From Chloroflexota bacterium (lineage in GTDB: Bacteria > Chloroflexota > Dehalococcoidia > DSTF01 > RBG-16-68-14): a DNA stretch of 64,000 nt. Shown piece after piece: positions 20,596-30,887 of this stretch (position 1 is its first letter; each line of letters begins with the position of its first letter). Below the pieces are notes generated by a model. It worked only from the letters and a program-made list of their open reading frames with translations. It searched no databases and was not told the DNA's origin. The stretch lies in the NCBI GenBank assembly GCA_003228685.1, contig QIFC01000029.1, forward strand, positions 1,759-65,758, in the 5' to 3' direction. The position numbers and the translations under genes are program-made.

Positions 20596-21886
20596 GCACG
20601 AGCGACCTCTCGATGAAGTACGCGATGGCGCGCCGCAGGAGCGGGAGTACGCGCTGGCGCTTCGGCATGGCGCCGCTCTTACCCGTGCGGCAGAACTCCA
20701 CCAGCGGCTCCAGCACGCGCTGCCAACTCATGTCGGCCTTCACCGCCGCCATATTCGACTTGCATTGGTCGTAGAACTCTTGATCTTCGATGAGGCGCAG
20801 GATGGCGTCGGCGAGCGCCTCGTCATCTCCGGGAGCGACCGCCAAGCCCACCGGGTCGCCCGCGATGCGGTCGGCCAGGACATCGCCGCGCGTGCAGACG
20901 GTCGGTAGCTCCGCCCAGAACAAGTCCATGAAACGCGTGCGGAACGAGTACCGAGCCTCAATGTTGTCGAAGCCGGCGCAGACGCCGATGTCGGACTCCG
21001 CCAGGTAGTTGCCAATCTCTGAGTACGGCGCCCAGCCGACGTTGAAGAACACAGAGCGTTCGTAGATGCCGAGCTGTTTGCTGAGATTGATCGCTCGCTG
21101 GACGGGAGGCGCATCGACGCTCGTTAGTTGGTCTGGGTGGTTGGTGCCGAGGAAGAAGAGTTTGACATCGTCCCGCTTCTGGCTCACCTTCGCCATCGCA
21201 CGGATGACCGTGTCCGCGTCGAACCACTCGACGATCAGCCCGTTCCAGATCACAACCTTGTCGTCGGGATTGATGCCGGGGACGACACCTTTGAGCACCT
21301 GACGCTCGTGCTTGGGCGAGCCTTCCTGGACGCCATACGGCGCCACGTCGATCAGGCTCCGCAGGTTGCTGTCGCGGTCGTAGACTCCCGTCGTAACGAG
21401 GCCGAGGGCGCTCAGAACGCCGACCCAGTGGTCGCGCTGCCGATCGTTAGAGCAGATAACGTAGTCCGCAAGCGTAAGCTGAAAGTTCAGATAGTGGCGG
21501 TTCGAGTCCATCCAGAGGTTCCGTTGGCTCCGCCGGCCGATGCGTTTCGAAAGCTCCATCCACTCAATCCAAAACGTCGTGAAGAAGTCGAGCGCCAGCC
21601 TCTTGTTGAGAAAGAGCGCGGCGGCATATGGGCGAAAGTTGCGAGAGATGATGATGTCGTGCTGCATCATTTGCCGGAGTCCGTTGAGCGCGCTTCCAGC
21701 AGCCACGATCTTCATCCGAGGATGCGGTGACTCGATGTCAGGCGTGTTAGGAATTGAAAGTGTGACGCGCGCTTCCGGCAGCTCCTCCGCCAGGACGCGG
21801 GCCATATGATAGGCCCGGATTCCCGGGCTACCCATCTCCCGCCCCACGACGCCGCGGCTAATGACCAGGATCCTAGTCATAGCCAC
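20579..21886 (-). CDS. GT-B fold glycosyltransferase (GT4-like), paralog A
   Basis: RILVISRGVVGREMGSPGIRAYHMARVLA at the N-terminus and a C-terminal E..(F)RTRFMD.FWAELP acceptor/donor motif. GTG at 21886 or ATG at 21880. Confidence 0.75.
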   Translation of the reverse strand: MAMTRILVISRGVVGREMGSPGIRAYHMARVLAEELPEARVTLSIPNTPDIESPHPRMKIVAAGSALNGLRQMMQHDIIISRNFRPYAAALFLNKRLALDFFTTFWIEWMELSKRIGRRSQRNLWMDSNRHYLNFQLTLADYVICSNDRQRDHWVGVLSALGLVTTGVYDRDSNLRSLIDVAPYGVQEGSPKHERQVLKGVVPGINPDDKVVIWNGLIVEWFDADTVIRAMAKVSQKRDDVKLFFLGTNHPDQLTSVDAPPVQRAINLSKQLGIYERSVFFNVGWAPYSEIGNYLAESDIGVCAGFDNIEARYSFRTRFMDLFWAELPTVCTRGDVLADRIAGDPVGLAVAPGDDEALADAILRLIEDQEFYDQCKSNMAAVKADMSWQRVLEPLVEFCRTGKSGAMPKRQRVLPLLRRAIAYFIERSLVPIVRW

Positions 21887-23279
21887 CTGGGCTCCCAGGG
21901 TCCAACCGCTTGCTGATGAAGTCCGCGATTCCTTTCACACGTAATGAAACTGACGGAAAGAGACCATCATCGTCCAAGCTTGCGATGCCTTGGACCTCCC
22001 GGATCAGCCAGCCACGCAGGTATTCCGCAGTGTGAGACAGCACCGGACCGAACCGCTCTTGCCGAGGCATGGCAGACGAGCGGCCTTCGCGGCAGAAGCG
22101 CACGAGCGGCTCCAATGCGCGTTCCCAAGTCAGCTCTGGCTTGATCTTGGCAAGGTTGTCCCGGCACTGCTGGTAGAACGCGCGATCATCGATCAGGCGG
22201 CGCAGCGCAGCGAGTACGGCATCCGTGTCCTTAGGCGGCACGACGACGCCAAGTGTACGTTCTTCAACCATGGACGCTAGGACATCGCCGCGTGTGCAGA
22301 TCAGGGGGAGTTCAGCCCAGAACACGTCCATGAAGCGCGTTCGATAGGAGTAGCGAGTTTCCATGTTCTCGAAGTACGTGCAGACGCTCAGGTCGGACTC
22401 GAGAAGGTAGTCCTTCACATCTTCGAACGCTACCCAGCCGGTCTCGAAGAAGACGGAGCGCTCATAAAGACCCAGCTCTTTGGAAAGATCGAGGGCGGAT
22501 TGGAAGCGAACGCCTTTACCGATTCCGGCGATGCCTGGGTACGCCGCCCCGAGAAAGAGCGCCTTGATATCGTCCCGTTCCCGGCTCAGTATGTGCAGGG
22601 CCCTCAGCAGCGGTTCGGGGTCGTACCAGTGAACCGTGCCGCTGTTCCAGAGCACCACGGTGTCAGTTTCGCGAATGCCTGGGATCACGCCCTTCATGAC
22701 GCGGCGCTCGTGCACGAGATCGTCCGGCCTGACGCCGTGCGGAGCGACATCGATGAGCCGCCGCAGGCTGTCGTCCGAATCATACTTGGAAGGGGAGATC
22801 AGGCCCATGGCGCTCAACATGCCAACGTAGGTGTCGCGCTGACGCTCGTTAGCGCAGAGGATGAAGTCTGCCAAGGCAAGCTGCAGACGGAGGTAGGCCA
22901 GGTTCTGGTTCATCCAGAACGTCCGCCGCGCCCCCTGGGCCTGGCCCTTTGTAACTTCCATCCACTCCATGAAGTACTGACTGAAGAGGTCGGCAACGAA
23001 GACTGTGTTGGGGAACTGTAACGCGAACTGGGGAGCGAATCCGGACGAGATGACGATGTCGCTCTCGGCAACGAGGCCGTACGATGAGACCATCCCACAG
23101 GGCACCACTCGGACGTTAGGGATCTCCCCCGGAAGTTCTTTGCGATTGGGAATCCCCAACGTGATCTGCGCGTCTGGCAGGGCTTTTGCCAGCACCTGCG
23201 CCATATAGTAGGCCCGAATGCCCGGGCTGGACATATGCGTACCAACGTTGCCTCTGCTGAGAATGAGGATCCGCTTCAC
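21873..23279 (-). CDS. GT-B fold glycosyltransferase (GT4-like), paralog B
   Basis: Collinear similarity to 20579..21886 (KRILILSRGNVGTHMSSPGIRAYYMAQVLA; YSYRTRFMDVFWAELP). I set the start at GTG 23279 because an AAGGAG SD lies upstream of it. Confidence 0.75.
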   Translation of the reverse strand: MKRILILSRGNVGTHMSSPGIRAYYMAQVLAKALPDAQITLGIPNRKELPGEIPNVRVVPCGMVSSYGLVAESDIVISSGFAPQFALQFPNTVFVADLFSQYFMEWMEVTKGQAQGARRTFWMNQNLAYLRLQLALADFILCANERQRDTYVGMLSAMGLISPSKYDSDDSLRRLIDVAPHGVRPDDLVHERRVMKGVIPGIRETDTVVLWNSGTVHWYDPEPLLRALHILSRERDDIKALFLGAAYPGIAGIGKGVRFQSALDLSKELGLYERSVFFETGWVAFEDVKDYLLESDLSVCTYFENMETRYSYRTRFMDVFWAELPLICTRGDVLASMVEERTLGVVVPPKDTDAVLAALRRLIDDRAFYQQCRDNLAKIKPELTWERALEPLVRFCREGRSSAMPRQERFGPVLSHTAEYLRGWLIREVQGIASLDDDGLFPSVSLRVKGIADFISKRLDPGSPGGYD

Positions 23280-23475
23280 GTCCGCTCCTTGAGCTAGCCT
23301 ATGCAACTCAGCTTCGCAGGTGAACATAGAGCAAACCCGCCTGGGTAGGGCAAAGGCCTCTCCCTAGCGGGCCGCTCATGATAGCAGCCTGCCTACACTC
23401 GTCCAACGCGATAGCTCCCGAATGTATGACACGATGCGTCCCGCCGATATACTCTAATGAAGGAGGAACACGGTA

Positions 23476-24132
23476 TTGGCGATTGACAGGAACACGGACG
23501 GTGCAGAGTCCGCCCGTGAATTTCGAATAGACTTGGGCTGCGGCAATCGGAAGGTCAAGGGCACATACGGGGTCGATAACGTTGCCGTTCCGGGCGTGAA
23601 CGTCGTGGCAGACCTCGACAGTGGGCTGCCGTTTCGCGACGGTTCAATAGATGGCGCGTACGCCTACCACATTCTCGAGCACGTGGAAGATTTCCTAGAT
23701 ACGATGAATGAGATTTGGCGCGTCTGTAAAGACGGCGCCCTCGTCCACGTCAAGGTCCCGCACTCGGCATCCCCGTACGTGACGTGGAAAGATCCCACAC
23801 ACCGCCGGGGGCTTTCGATCGCCACCTTCGCCTACTTCGATGACACGTACTTCGACGGCGCAGCGTTCGCTTACTACGCGAAGGCGCGCTTCCGCATCGA
23901 ACATGCGCAGCTTAACTTCAACCTGAGCGGCAGGGATGAAAACGTCAGGCTGTCTTGGCCGCGAAGACTGATGGGGGCAATGGTTCATCGATTAGCGAAT
24001 CGCAATCGCCGATGGCAATACGTCTGCGAGCGCTTCTGGGGGCCGATCGTTGGAATAGAGGAGGCGGTCCTCACGATGCGAGCGCAGAAGCCTTCGGACA
24101 TCCGCACGTCCGCCGGAGCGGCTGAGAGCTGA
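23476..24132 (+). CDS. Class I SAM-dependent methyltransferase
   Basis: IDLGCGNRK motif I and ILEHVED. AGGAGG SD with a TTG start. A possible promoter is ATGACA (23426)-16 nt-TATACT (23448). Confidence 0.75.
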   Translation: MAIDRNTDGAESAREFRIDLGCGNRKVKGTYGVDNVAVPGVNVVADLDSGLPFRDGSIDGAYAYHILEHVEDFLDTMNEIWRVCKDGALVHVKVPHSASPYVTWKDPTHRRGLSIATFAYFDDTYFDGAAFAYYAKARFRIEHAQLNFNLSGRDENVRLSWPRRLMGAMVHRLANRNRRWQYVCERFWGPIVGIEEAVLTMRAQKPSDIRTSAGAAES

Positions 24133-24138
24133 CTAGAC

Positions 24139-24996
24139 CTAGGCCGCGTGGCCTTTCGCCTCTAGATACGCGCCCAGCGCTTCTTCCCACGACCGCAGCT
24201 TCTGCAGCCCGGCGTCAACTAGTGCCCTGTTCTCGAGCACGGAGAAGGCTGGCCGTTGCGCCGGCGCGCTCAGTTCGTCGCTGCTGATTGGCGTGAGGCT
24301 GGGCGCGAGGCCCATCAGTTTGAAGATCTTCTCCGCGAATCCGAACCATGACGTCTGGCCGCTGTTGGTGATGTGGTAGAGGCCGTAGCGACCCGTCCCT
24401 GCCAGTTCTTGTAACTTCGTCGCGAGGTCAGCGGTGAAGGTCGGTGACGAAACCTGATCGTCCACCACACGCAGCGGTTCGCCAGCCTTAGCCTTGCGGA
24501 TCATCGTCTCAACGAAGTTTCCGCCCTTGCCGCTTGCACCGGCGACGCCGAACAGGCTGGAACTGCGCACGACGTAGTGCTGAGCGTTGCTCTGCCGAAC
24601 CAGGTGCTCTCCAGCCAGCTTGGAGACGCCGTAGAGGCTCAGGGGGCGCGGTAGGTCACCTTCAACATAGGGACTCCCTTTGAGGCCATCCTGGACGTAG
24701 TCCGTGCTGATGAACATCACGGCAGCGTCCACCTCTCGCGCAGCGTCGGCGACGTTCTTCGCGCCCAGCGCGTTCACCTCAAGAGCAAGCGCCCCGTTTG
24801 TCTCACAGTCGTCGACGCGATGATACGCGGCGGTGTTGATGACGAGTTCCGGCTGCTCGCGGACGATGACTTGACGAGCTTGTTCGCGATTACAAACGTC
24901 GAAGTCTTGGTGAGAGAAGGCGACGAGGTCGCCGCTCCAAACGTCAATCAGGTCGCGTCCTAACTGGCCTCCGCTGCCAATTAGAAGCGTACGCAA
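24139..24996 (-). CDS. rfbD: dTDP-4-dehydrorhamnose reductase
   Basis: LLIGSGGQLG, the Y...K region in TDYV, and typical RmlD length and collinearity. Confidence 0.85.
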   Translation of the reverse strand: MRTLLIGSGGQLGRDLIDVWSGDLVAFSHQDFDVCNREQARQVIVREQPELVINTAAYHRVDDCETNGALALEVNALGAKNVADAAREVDAAVMFISTDYVQDGLKGSPYVEGDLPRPLSLYGVSKLAGEHLVRQSNAQHYVVRSSSLFGVAGASGKGGNFVETMIRKAKAGEPLRVVDDQVSSPTFTADLATKLQELAGTGRYGLYHITNSGQTSWFGFAEKIFKLMGLAPSLTPISSDELSAPAQRPAFSVLENRALVDAGLQKLRSWEEALGAYLEAKGHAA

Positions 24997-24997
24997 G

Positions 24998-26101
24998 CTA
25001 GAGGCGCGCCTGGGCGACTGTCTGCGCTGGCATGGCGGGCACCCTGCCCTGCTCCTTGAGGAGTTCCATCCAGCGAATGTTGTAGAAACGAGGGTTGTCG
25101 AAGGCCATGTATCCGTTGCTGCGGATCCAGCTTATCATGTAGGCGATGGCCATCGGAACAGTGCGCTGGGGCGTGTAGCCGACAACGCTTGTCAGCTTGT
25201 CATTTGAACACTCGTAGTCGCGTACCCGAGGAGGCGCCGGCACGAACCTAAGGTCAACTTCGTAGCTCTCAGTCTTAAGGGCGCCAGCAGCAAGCTGGGC
25301 GAGTTCCTTCACCTGGTAGTTCTTTTGGACCACGTTGAACGTCTCACCACGCACCGCGTCTTCGGGTGCTTCCAAACACGCGATGTGGGCCTGCGCAACA
25401 TCCGCGACATCAACCAACGGCCGGCGGATCAGACCGTCACCGTGGATCTGGAGCTTGCCTGCCTGCATTGCGTCCTTCACAAACGTGTTGACGACAAGAT
25501 CGTAGCGCATACGAGGGCTGAAGCCATACACAGTAGCCTGGCGCAGGATCACCGGACTGAAGTTATCGTCAGCTAATTCCCTGAGGCGCGCTTCGGCGTA
25601 GAGCTTGCCTTCGGCGTACGCGCCCTTCGGGTTAACCGGGGCCTCTTCCGTGTAGACTTGACCATTCGGGAGACCATCATAGACGGAGCAACTTGAACCG
25701 AACGTGAAGCGGCGAACGCCTACGCGCTTCGCTACCATTGCGACGCGCTCCGTGCCCAGCGCGTTCATCTCCCAGTTAGCCTGCGGGTCGTACTCGGCCG
25801 TTGGGTCGTTGGAGAGGCCCGCGAGGTGAACGACGCCGTCAACGCCCGCGATCCAACTGTCTTCCACGTCGCGAATGTCGCCTTGAATCAGCTCGATGCG
25901 ATCGAGCACGTCCGCCAGGGGCTTCTTGCCCCAGTAGAGGGCATCCAGAACGCGAACTGCATACCCTTGGTCGAGCAACTGCCTGACGAGGACCGCGCCA
26001 ATGTAGCCGCCGCCGCCGGTAACGAGCACACGTTTCACGCTCGCGCCGCGGCCCTTCTCGACAAGTTCGGAACCATGTTGGCTGTCAGATTGTTTGGCCA
26101 C
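24998..26101 (-). CDS. NAD-dependent sugar epimerase/dehydratase (SDR family)
   Basis: VLVTGGGGYIGAVLV glycine motif and YAEGK (YxxxK). Confidence 0.85.
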   Translation of the reverse strand: MAKQSDSQHGSELVEKGRGASVKRVLVTGGGGYIGAVLVRQLLDQGYAVRVLDALYWGKKPLADVLDRIELIQGDIRDVEDSWIAGVDGVVHLAGLSNDPTAEYDPQANWEMNALGTERVAMVAKRVGVRRFTFGSSCSVYDGLPNGQVYTEEAPVNPKGAYAEGKLYAEARLRELADDNFSPVILRQATVYGFSPRMRYDLVVNTFVKDAMQAGKLQIHGDGLIRRPLVDVADVAQAHIACLEAPEDAVRGETFNVVQKNYQVKELAQLAAGALKTESYEVDLRFVPAPPRVRDYECSNDKLTSVVGYTPQRTVPMAIAYMISWIRSNGYMAFDNPRFYNIRWMELLKEQGRVPAMPAQTVAQARL

Positions 26102-26248
26102 GCCGAATCATCTCCTGCTTGACCCCCACTAGCGGATCATCCGCAGCGGACATCGATAACCAAACGCCGAGAAGCCAATCTTTGGCCTCCCGTCGGCGGG
26201 GAAAGGCGGGGCAGGTTCTCTACTGAGGCCACCAGCCGCAGTGGAACC

Positions 26249-26277
26249 TATATAGCATAGGGTCGAACGATTGTCAA
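26249..26277 (-). promoter_or_regulatory. Sigma70-like promoter TTGACA-17 nt-TATATA for the epimerase-rfbD unit
   Basis: On the reverse strand, TTGACA runs 26277-26272 and TATATA runs 26254-26249, with exactly 17 nt between them. Confidence 0.4.
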
Positions 26278-26307
26278 CCGAAATCGTTTCGCTCGCCCAA
26301 TGCCGAG

Positions 26308-27327
26308 TCAGAAGTCCGGGCGGGTCTCTTCCGTGAGCTTCAACCCAGGGCTGCCGGCTAGTTCCTCGCTGGACGGGTGCCCGCGTTCTACGGTCTTCCC
26401 CATCCTCCCACGCCAGTAATCCGCCATCCCTGCGGTTATAGCTCGAGCTAGGTCAGGCCTACCACGCAGGACCAACGTGATGGTGCGCACTAGGCGGCTC
26501 GTAATGAAGTACGTCCAGAAGAACGCGCGCCGGAGAGGCGAGCGTACGTGTTTGCTGATCAGGTACGGACGGTTCCGGGTCAGATAGTACAGACCAAAGG
26601 CTGTCTCCGAACCACCAATCGTGGCGCCCTTGCGATGATGGATCACGGCATCCGGCGCGAACCAGAGCCGATATCCGGCGTCATGGGCGCGGCGCACGAA
26701 GTCTGTGTCGTCATAGTAGATGAAGAAGTTGTTATCCAGGAGGCCTACCTTGCGTAGAGCACCCGCCGGCACGAGCAAGCACGAGAGGTTTGCCGTTTCC
26801 ACGAGTCGCGGCTGGTCGAAGTCGTCGGTTGGGCGCTTGCCAAGGATCTGGTGCTTCCACGTCCCTCTCGTCCAGTCGAACTGCCCCACCGAGTCGTCGA
26901 GCGTTCCAGGGTGGTGGTAGAGGTAGGACTTGGGTGCCGTCAGCGTCCGGTCGTCGCTAGCGTCAACCAGGCGGTCTAGGAAGTCGGGCTCGACGAGCAC
27001 GTCGCCGTTGAGAAACAGCACGTAGTCGAAGCCCTGTCCTAGGCAGTACTCGATTCCGCGATTGCAGGCGCCTGTGAAACCGAGGTTAGCGTCGTTCTCC
27101 AGAATGACCGACTGCGGATGCAAACGACGCAAGATATCGAGAGAGTCATCGGAGGACGCGTTATCGACGACAACGAGTTGGAAGTTCCGATACGAGACGG
27201 CAGTCAAAGACTCCGCGAACTCCGCCATGAACGCGGCGCCGTCGGTATTTACAGTCAACACCGCAACCGAGGGAGCGGTGCGCTCCTCGCCTACCTTCGA
27301 CAACGTTCTCCCCGCCTTTTTTACCAC
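26308..27327 (-). CDS. Family 2 glycosyltransferase
   Basis: VVVDNASSDDS, a GFTGACNRG motif, and DDTDF (DxD-like). Confidence 0.85.
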   Translation of the reverse strand: MVKKAGRTLSKVGEERTAPSVAVLTVNTDGAAFMAEFAESLTAVSYRNFQLVVVDNASSDDSLDILRRLHPQSVILENDANLGFTGACNRGIEYCLGQGFDYVLFLNGDVLVEPDFLDRLVDASDDRTLTAPKSYLYHHPGTLDDSVGQFDWTRGTWKHQILGKRPTDDFDQPRLVETANLSCLLVPAGALRKVGLLDNNFFIYYDDTDFVRRAHDAGYRLWFAPDAVIHHRKGATIGGSETAFGLYYLTRNRPYLISKHVRSPLRRAFFWTYFITSRLVRTITLVLRGRPDLARAITAGMADYWRGRMGKTVERGHPSSEELAGSPGLKLTEETRPDF

Positions 27328-27490
27328 AGTGCCTCAATCCAGCTAGGGTCCTCTGCCCTACCTTCCCCAACGGCACCGTTGGATTGATCATAACACACTG
27401 TGGATAGCCCTTCAGCGTGAAATAGCAGCATTGGCTTCTGTGTTAACATTAACGGCCAAGCTGCCACGATTGTGAACCAGAAGGGCTTCG

Positions 27491-28192
27491 ATGGGCATGC
27501 GAAAGACGATCAAGAGCGCTCTCCTCGCACTTCCAGGGGGGACTCACCTGCTTGAGGGTTATCGCACTGTGAGCGGTCGTGTACGCGGGAACACCGCCGC
27601 CCACCGTGGCTATGTTGGCGCCATGTGGAATGAGATCGGACAGGTTCAGATCGATTTTATGGTCAACAGAGGCCTGAAACCGCATCACGTCTTCGTCGAT
27701 GTAGCATGTGGCAGCCTGCGCGCAGGGCGGCACTTCATCTGCTATCTGGATGCAGGGCACTACTTGGGACTCGACCATCACCAATGGCTCATCGAGGCGG
27801 GGCTGAGGCACGAGGTCTCCGAGCAGGTGCGCAAGGAGAAGCAACCTGAGTTCGTCATTGCGGAAGGTTTCCAGTTTCAGAAGTTCAGCAAGCGGCCAGA
27901 TTTTGGAATCGCTCAGTCGTTATTCAGCCATCTGACGAAGGACGACATCCGCCTTTGTCTCACGAATCTCCATGCCGCGATACAGCCCCAAGGCCGCTTC
28001 TTCGCGACGTTCATCCCAAAAGGATTTCTGCCCCCCGGATATGAGAACCCCGGCGAATCGGCAGACGACCTTGGGTTTGAATATGATGCGGACGAGATTC
28101 TGGAGATCGGGTTGGATACGGGCTGGCAAGCAAGCTACATCGGCGATTGGGGCCATCCCCGTGGTCAAGAGATGATCGAGTTCGTTGCGTGA
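27491..28192 (+). CDS. Class I SAM-dependent methyltransferase-like protein
   Basis: VDVACGSLRAG (motif I) and YLGLD (post-I acidic residue). Confidence 0.6.
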   Translation: MGMRKTIKSALLALPGGTHLLEGYRTVSGRVRGNTAAHRGYVGAMWNEIGQVQIDFMVNRGLKPHHVFVDVACGSLRAGRHFICYLDAGHYLGLDHHQWLIEAGLRHEVSEQVRKEKQPEFVIAEGFQFQKFSKRPDFGIAQSLFSHLTKDDIRLCLTNLHAAIQPQGRFFATFIPKGFLPPGYENPGESADDLGFEYDADEILEIGLDTGWQASYIGDWGHPRGQEMIEFVA

Positions 28193-28295
28193 GCGGGTAT
28201 CAGCCACCGCAACGAATTGCCACGCCGCTCGTTCGCATGAGTAGGATGGACGCAACTATTCGATCGGCGCCAGCTACCGCCGGAGGCCAGAGCAC

Positions 28296-29177
28296 GTGAC
28301 CTCAACTTCAGCCGGCGCCCGAACGCCAAGCACGTCTGGCAACTACGTGCGCTTCATCATCCTAAGCGGCCCCAGAACCGGATCCAACATGCTCGCGGAG
28401 GCATTGAACTCTAGCCCAAGCGTCAGGTGCTTCCACGAGGTGCTGAACTTCGTGCAGGACTTCATCATGTACGACGTGTACAATGCCGACCGCGCGGAGG
28501 GTTCGGCCGAGGACGACATGGCCTTTCGTGAGCGAGACCCCATCGGCTTTCTTGAGCAACGCATTTTCGGCGAGTACCCGGACGGCATCCGTGCCGTTGG
28601 GTTCAAGTACCATTATGGACAAATCTGGGGGTTACCAGGTGTCTTCGACCACATTGTCAAGGACGAATCGATCCGCGTGGTGCACCTGAAGCGACGGAAT
28701 CGACTGCGCACGTTGCTTTCGCTCAAGGCCGCAAGAGAGACGGGGCGCTGGATGGAAGTACCAATGACGCCAGCCCGCGCGCTCGGCGCCTTACGCCACC
28801 CGTCTCGCCTGGTTCGCAAGGTAGCTGAACTGGCGCGGCGTCCCGATGCACCAACCACTGTTCCGGAGCACGGCCTGACGATCTCGCACCAAGAATTGGA
28901 TGAGTTCATCATCTCAGCGGAGATGACCGAGAGCCACTTCGAAGAGGTGTTCGCGCAGCACCCAAGCATGACGGTGTACTACGAGGACATCCTGCACGAA
29001 CGCGATGTGGTGTACGAATCGACGCAGTCGTTTCTTGACGTAGAGGCCTATTCGCTAAGCGTAACGCTGACGAAACAGCACCCGGAGCCCGCCCGCCAGT
29101 TGCTGAGCAACTTTGAGGAGTTGCACTCGGCCTTCAAGGGCACGAAGTACGCCGCGTGGTTCGAAGAGGAAGGTTAG
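28296..29177 (+). CDS. PAPS-type sulfotransferase (Stf0-like)
   Basis: N-terminal FIILSGPRTGSNML resembles the 5'-phosphosulfate-binding loop. A RVVHLKRRN region may be the 3'-PB motif. Confidence 0.65.
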   Translation: MTSTSAGARTPSTSGNYVRFIILSGPRTGSNMLAEALNSSPSVRCFHEVLNFVQDFIMYDVYNADRAEGSAEDDMAFRERDPIGFLEQRIFGEYPDGIRAVGFKYHYGQIWGLPGVFDHIVKDESIRVVHLKRRNRLRTLLSLKAARETGRWMEVPMTPARALGALRHPSRLVRKVAELARRPDAPTTVPEHGLTISHQELDEFIISAEMTESHFEEVFAQHPSMTVYYEDILHERDVVYESTQSFLDVEAYSLSVTLTKQHPEPARQLLSNFEELHSAFKGTKYAAWFEEEG

Positions 29178-29187
29178 CGCCTCACTC

Positions 29188-30006
29188 ATGGCAGTAGCAG
29201 CCAGTCGACGGCCCAACGTGGCGAACCTGGCCAAGTCCGCCTCCACGGGATGGGACCTTCTCGCCGCGATAACGGCCCGGGATATGCGTGTCCGCTATCA
29301 GGGGACGCTCCTGAGCTACGTCTGGTGGATCGCTCGGCCCCTTGCCCTCGGCGCGGTACTCTACTTCGCGCTGGGACAGGTGCTCAAGGTGCGACTCGGG
29401 GTAGACGCGCCGCACTACTCCATCTTCCTGCTATCGGCGCTGTTTCCCTGGTTCTGGTTCTCGGCTGGCATCCTGCAATCCGCAGGCAGCTTCACCGCAA
29501 ACGCGGGGCTGCTGAAGAAGGTGCAGTTCCCTAAGCCAATCCTCCCCCTTTCGGCGATCTTCTACAACACCGTCCAGTTCTTGCTCACGTTGCCTGTCCT
29601 GATCGTGTTTGTGTTGCTCGCCGGCATCGACCCGAGCTTGACCTGGCTCGTCGGCATTCCCATGCTGCTAGCGCTCCAGTTGCTCCTGATGATCGGACTG
29701 GGCACGCTGCTAGCCACGCTCGACGTCTTCTTCAAGGACTTGGGACCGTTGCTTGAAATCGTTATGTTGCTGATGTTCTACATGTCGCCAATCATCTACC
29801 CGCTGGACAGCGTACCCGACAGCTTCAGGCCCATCCTGCTGGCAAATCCTGTCGCTCCACTCCTCGAGGGATGGCGCGAACTGTTCCTGGACGGCACTCT
29901 CTCGGTCTTCAGTTTGTGGCCATCAATCGTCCTGACGGCGGTCACCCTGGCCCTCGGCTTGGGCGCGTTCCGCACTGGAGAGAAGCACTTCGCAGATGTC
30001 CTCTGA
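29188..30006 (+). CDS. ABC-2 polysaccharide export permease (Wzm-like)
   Basis: Six TM segments. N-terminal [17 protein letters not shown] is typical of Wzm/TagG. Start moved to the ATG at 29188. Confidence 0.8.
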   Translation: MAVAASRRPNVANLAKSASTGWDLLAAITARDMRVRYQGTLLSYVWWIARPLALGAVLYFALGQVLKVRLGVDAPHYSIFLLSALFPWFWFSAGILQSAGSFTANAGLLKKVQFPKPILPLSAIFYNTVQFLLTLPVLIVFVLLAGIDPSLTWLVGIPMLLALQLLLMIGLGTLLATLDVFFKDLGPLLEIVMLLMFYMSPIIYPLDSVPDSFRPILLANPVAPLLEGWRELFLDGTLSVFSLWPSIVLTAVTLALGLGAFRTGEKHFADVL

Positions 30007-30871
30007 CGACCGCATCGCCGTCCGGTTGGAGGGGGTCTCCAAGCGATTCACGCTGAACCCTAACAGGCGTCTGAATGTCCGCGACCTCTTGTTGCGGCCA
30101 CATAGGTTCGTTCGCCAATTCAGAGAGCAGCAGCCGTACTGGGCGCTCCGCGACGTCTCGCTGACGATCAACAGGGGTGAATCAGTCGGCATCATCGGAC
30201 CAAACGGTGCGGGCAAGACCACGCTTCTGCAGGTGCTGGCCGGTCTATCGTCACCAACCGTGGGCAAGGCTGAGGTGTACGCGCGCTGCGCAGCGCTGCT
30301 GGACCTGGGCGCCGGTCTCCACCCGCAGGCGACGGGTCGCGATAACGCATACGTGAACGCCCTCTTCATGGGCCTCTCCAAGGAAGAAGCACGCGAAAAG
30401 ATGCCGGACATCATCGAATTTTCCGGTCTGGGGGCGTTCATCGATCAGCCGATGCGGACCTACTCTTCCGGCATGTACCTCCGGCTTGGCTTTGCTGTGG
30501 CCGCACACGTCCGGCCCGAGATACTCCTCATCGACGAGATCATTGCGGTGGGTGATGCCGCGTTCCAACGGAAGTGCCTGAATCACTTCGATAAGCTGCG
30601 GAACGACGGGACAACGATCGTTCTCGTCACGCACAACTTCGAGTTCCTGGAGAACGTCGATCGTGTGCTCCTTCTAGAACAAGGCCGCGTAACGGACGAC
30701 GGCAAGTCAGAGGAAGTTGTCCTTCGGTACATCGTGCAGATGCTCGAGGAATCGCCCGCCACTAGGGCGGACTTCGAGCGGGCGCTGAAGCGAGTCTGGA
30801 TGCCAACCCGCCGAGACGGGCAGGCGAGCCGCCACCAAGCGGGCGCGGCGAGCCCAACGCCGTTGAACTGA
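29996..30871 (+). CDS. Polysaccharide export ABC ATP-binding protein (Wzt-like)
   Basis: Walker [21 protein letters not shown] signature, LLIDE Walker B. Overlaps the Wzm-like gene. Confidence 0.9.
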   Translation: MSSDDRIAVRLEGVSKRFTLNPNRRLNVRDLLLRPHRFVRQFREQQPYWALRDVSLTINRGESVGIIGPNGAGKTTLLQVLAGLSSPTVGKAEVYARCAALLDLGAGLHPQATGRDNAYVNALFMGLSKEEAREKMPDIIEFSGLGAFIDQPMRTYSSGMYLRLGFAVAAHVRPEILLIDEIIAVGDAAFQRKCLNHFDKLRNDGTTIVLVTHNFEFLENVDRVLLLEQGRVTDDGKSEEVVLRYIVQMLEESPATRADFERALKRVWMPTRRDGQASRHQAGAASPTPLN

Positions 30872-30887
30872 GCGAAGGTCAGCATAG

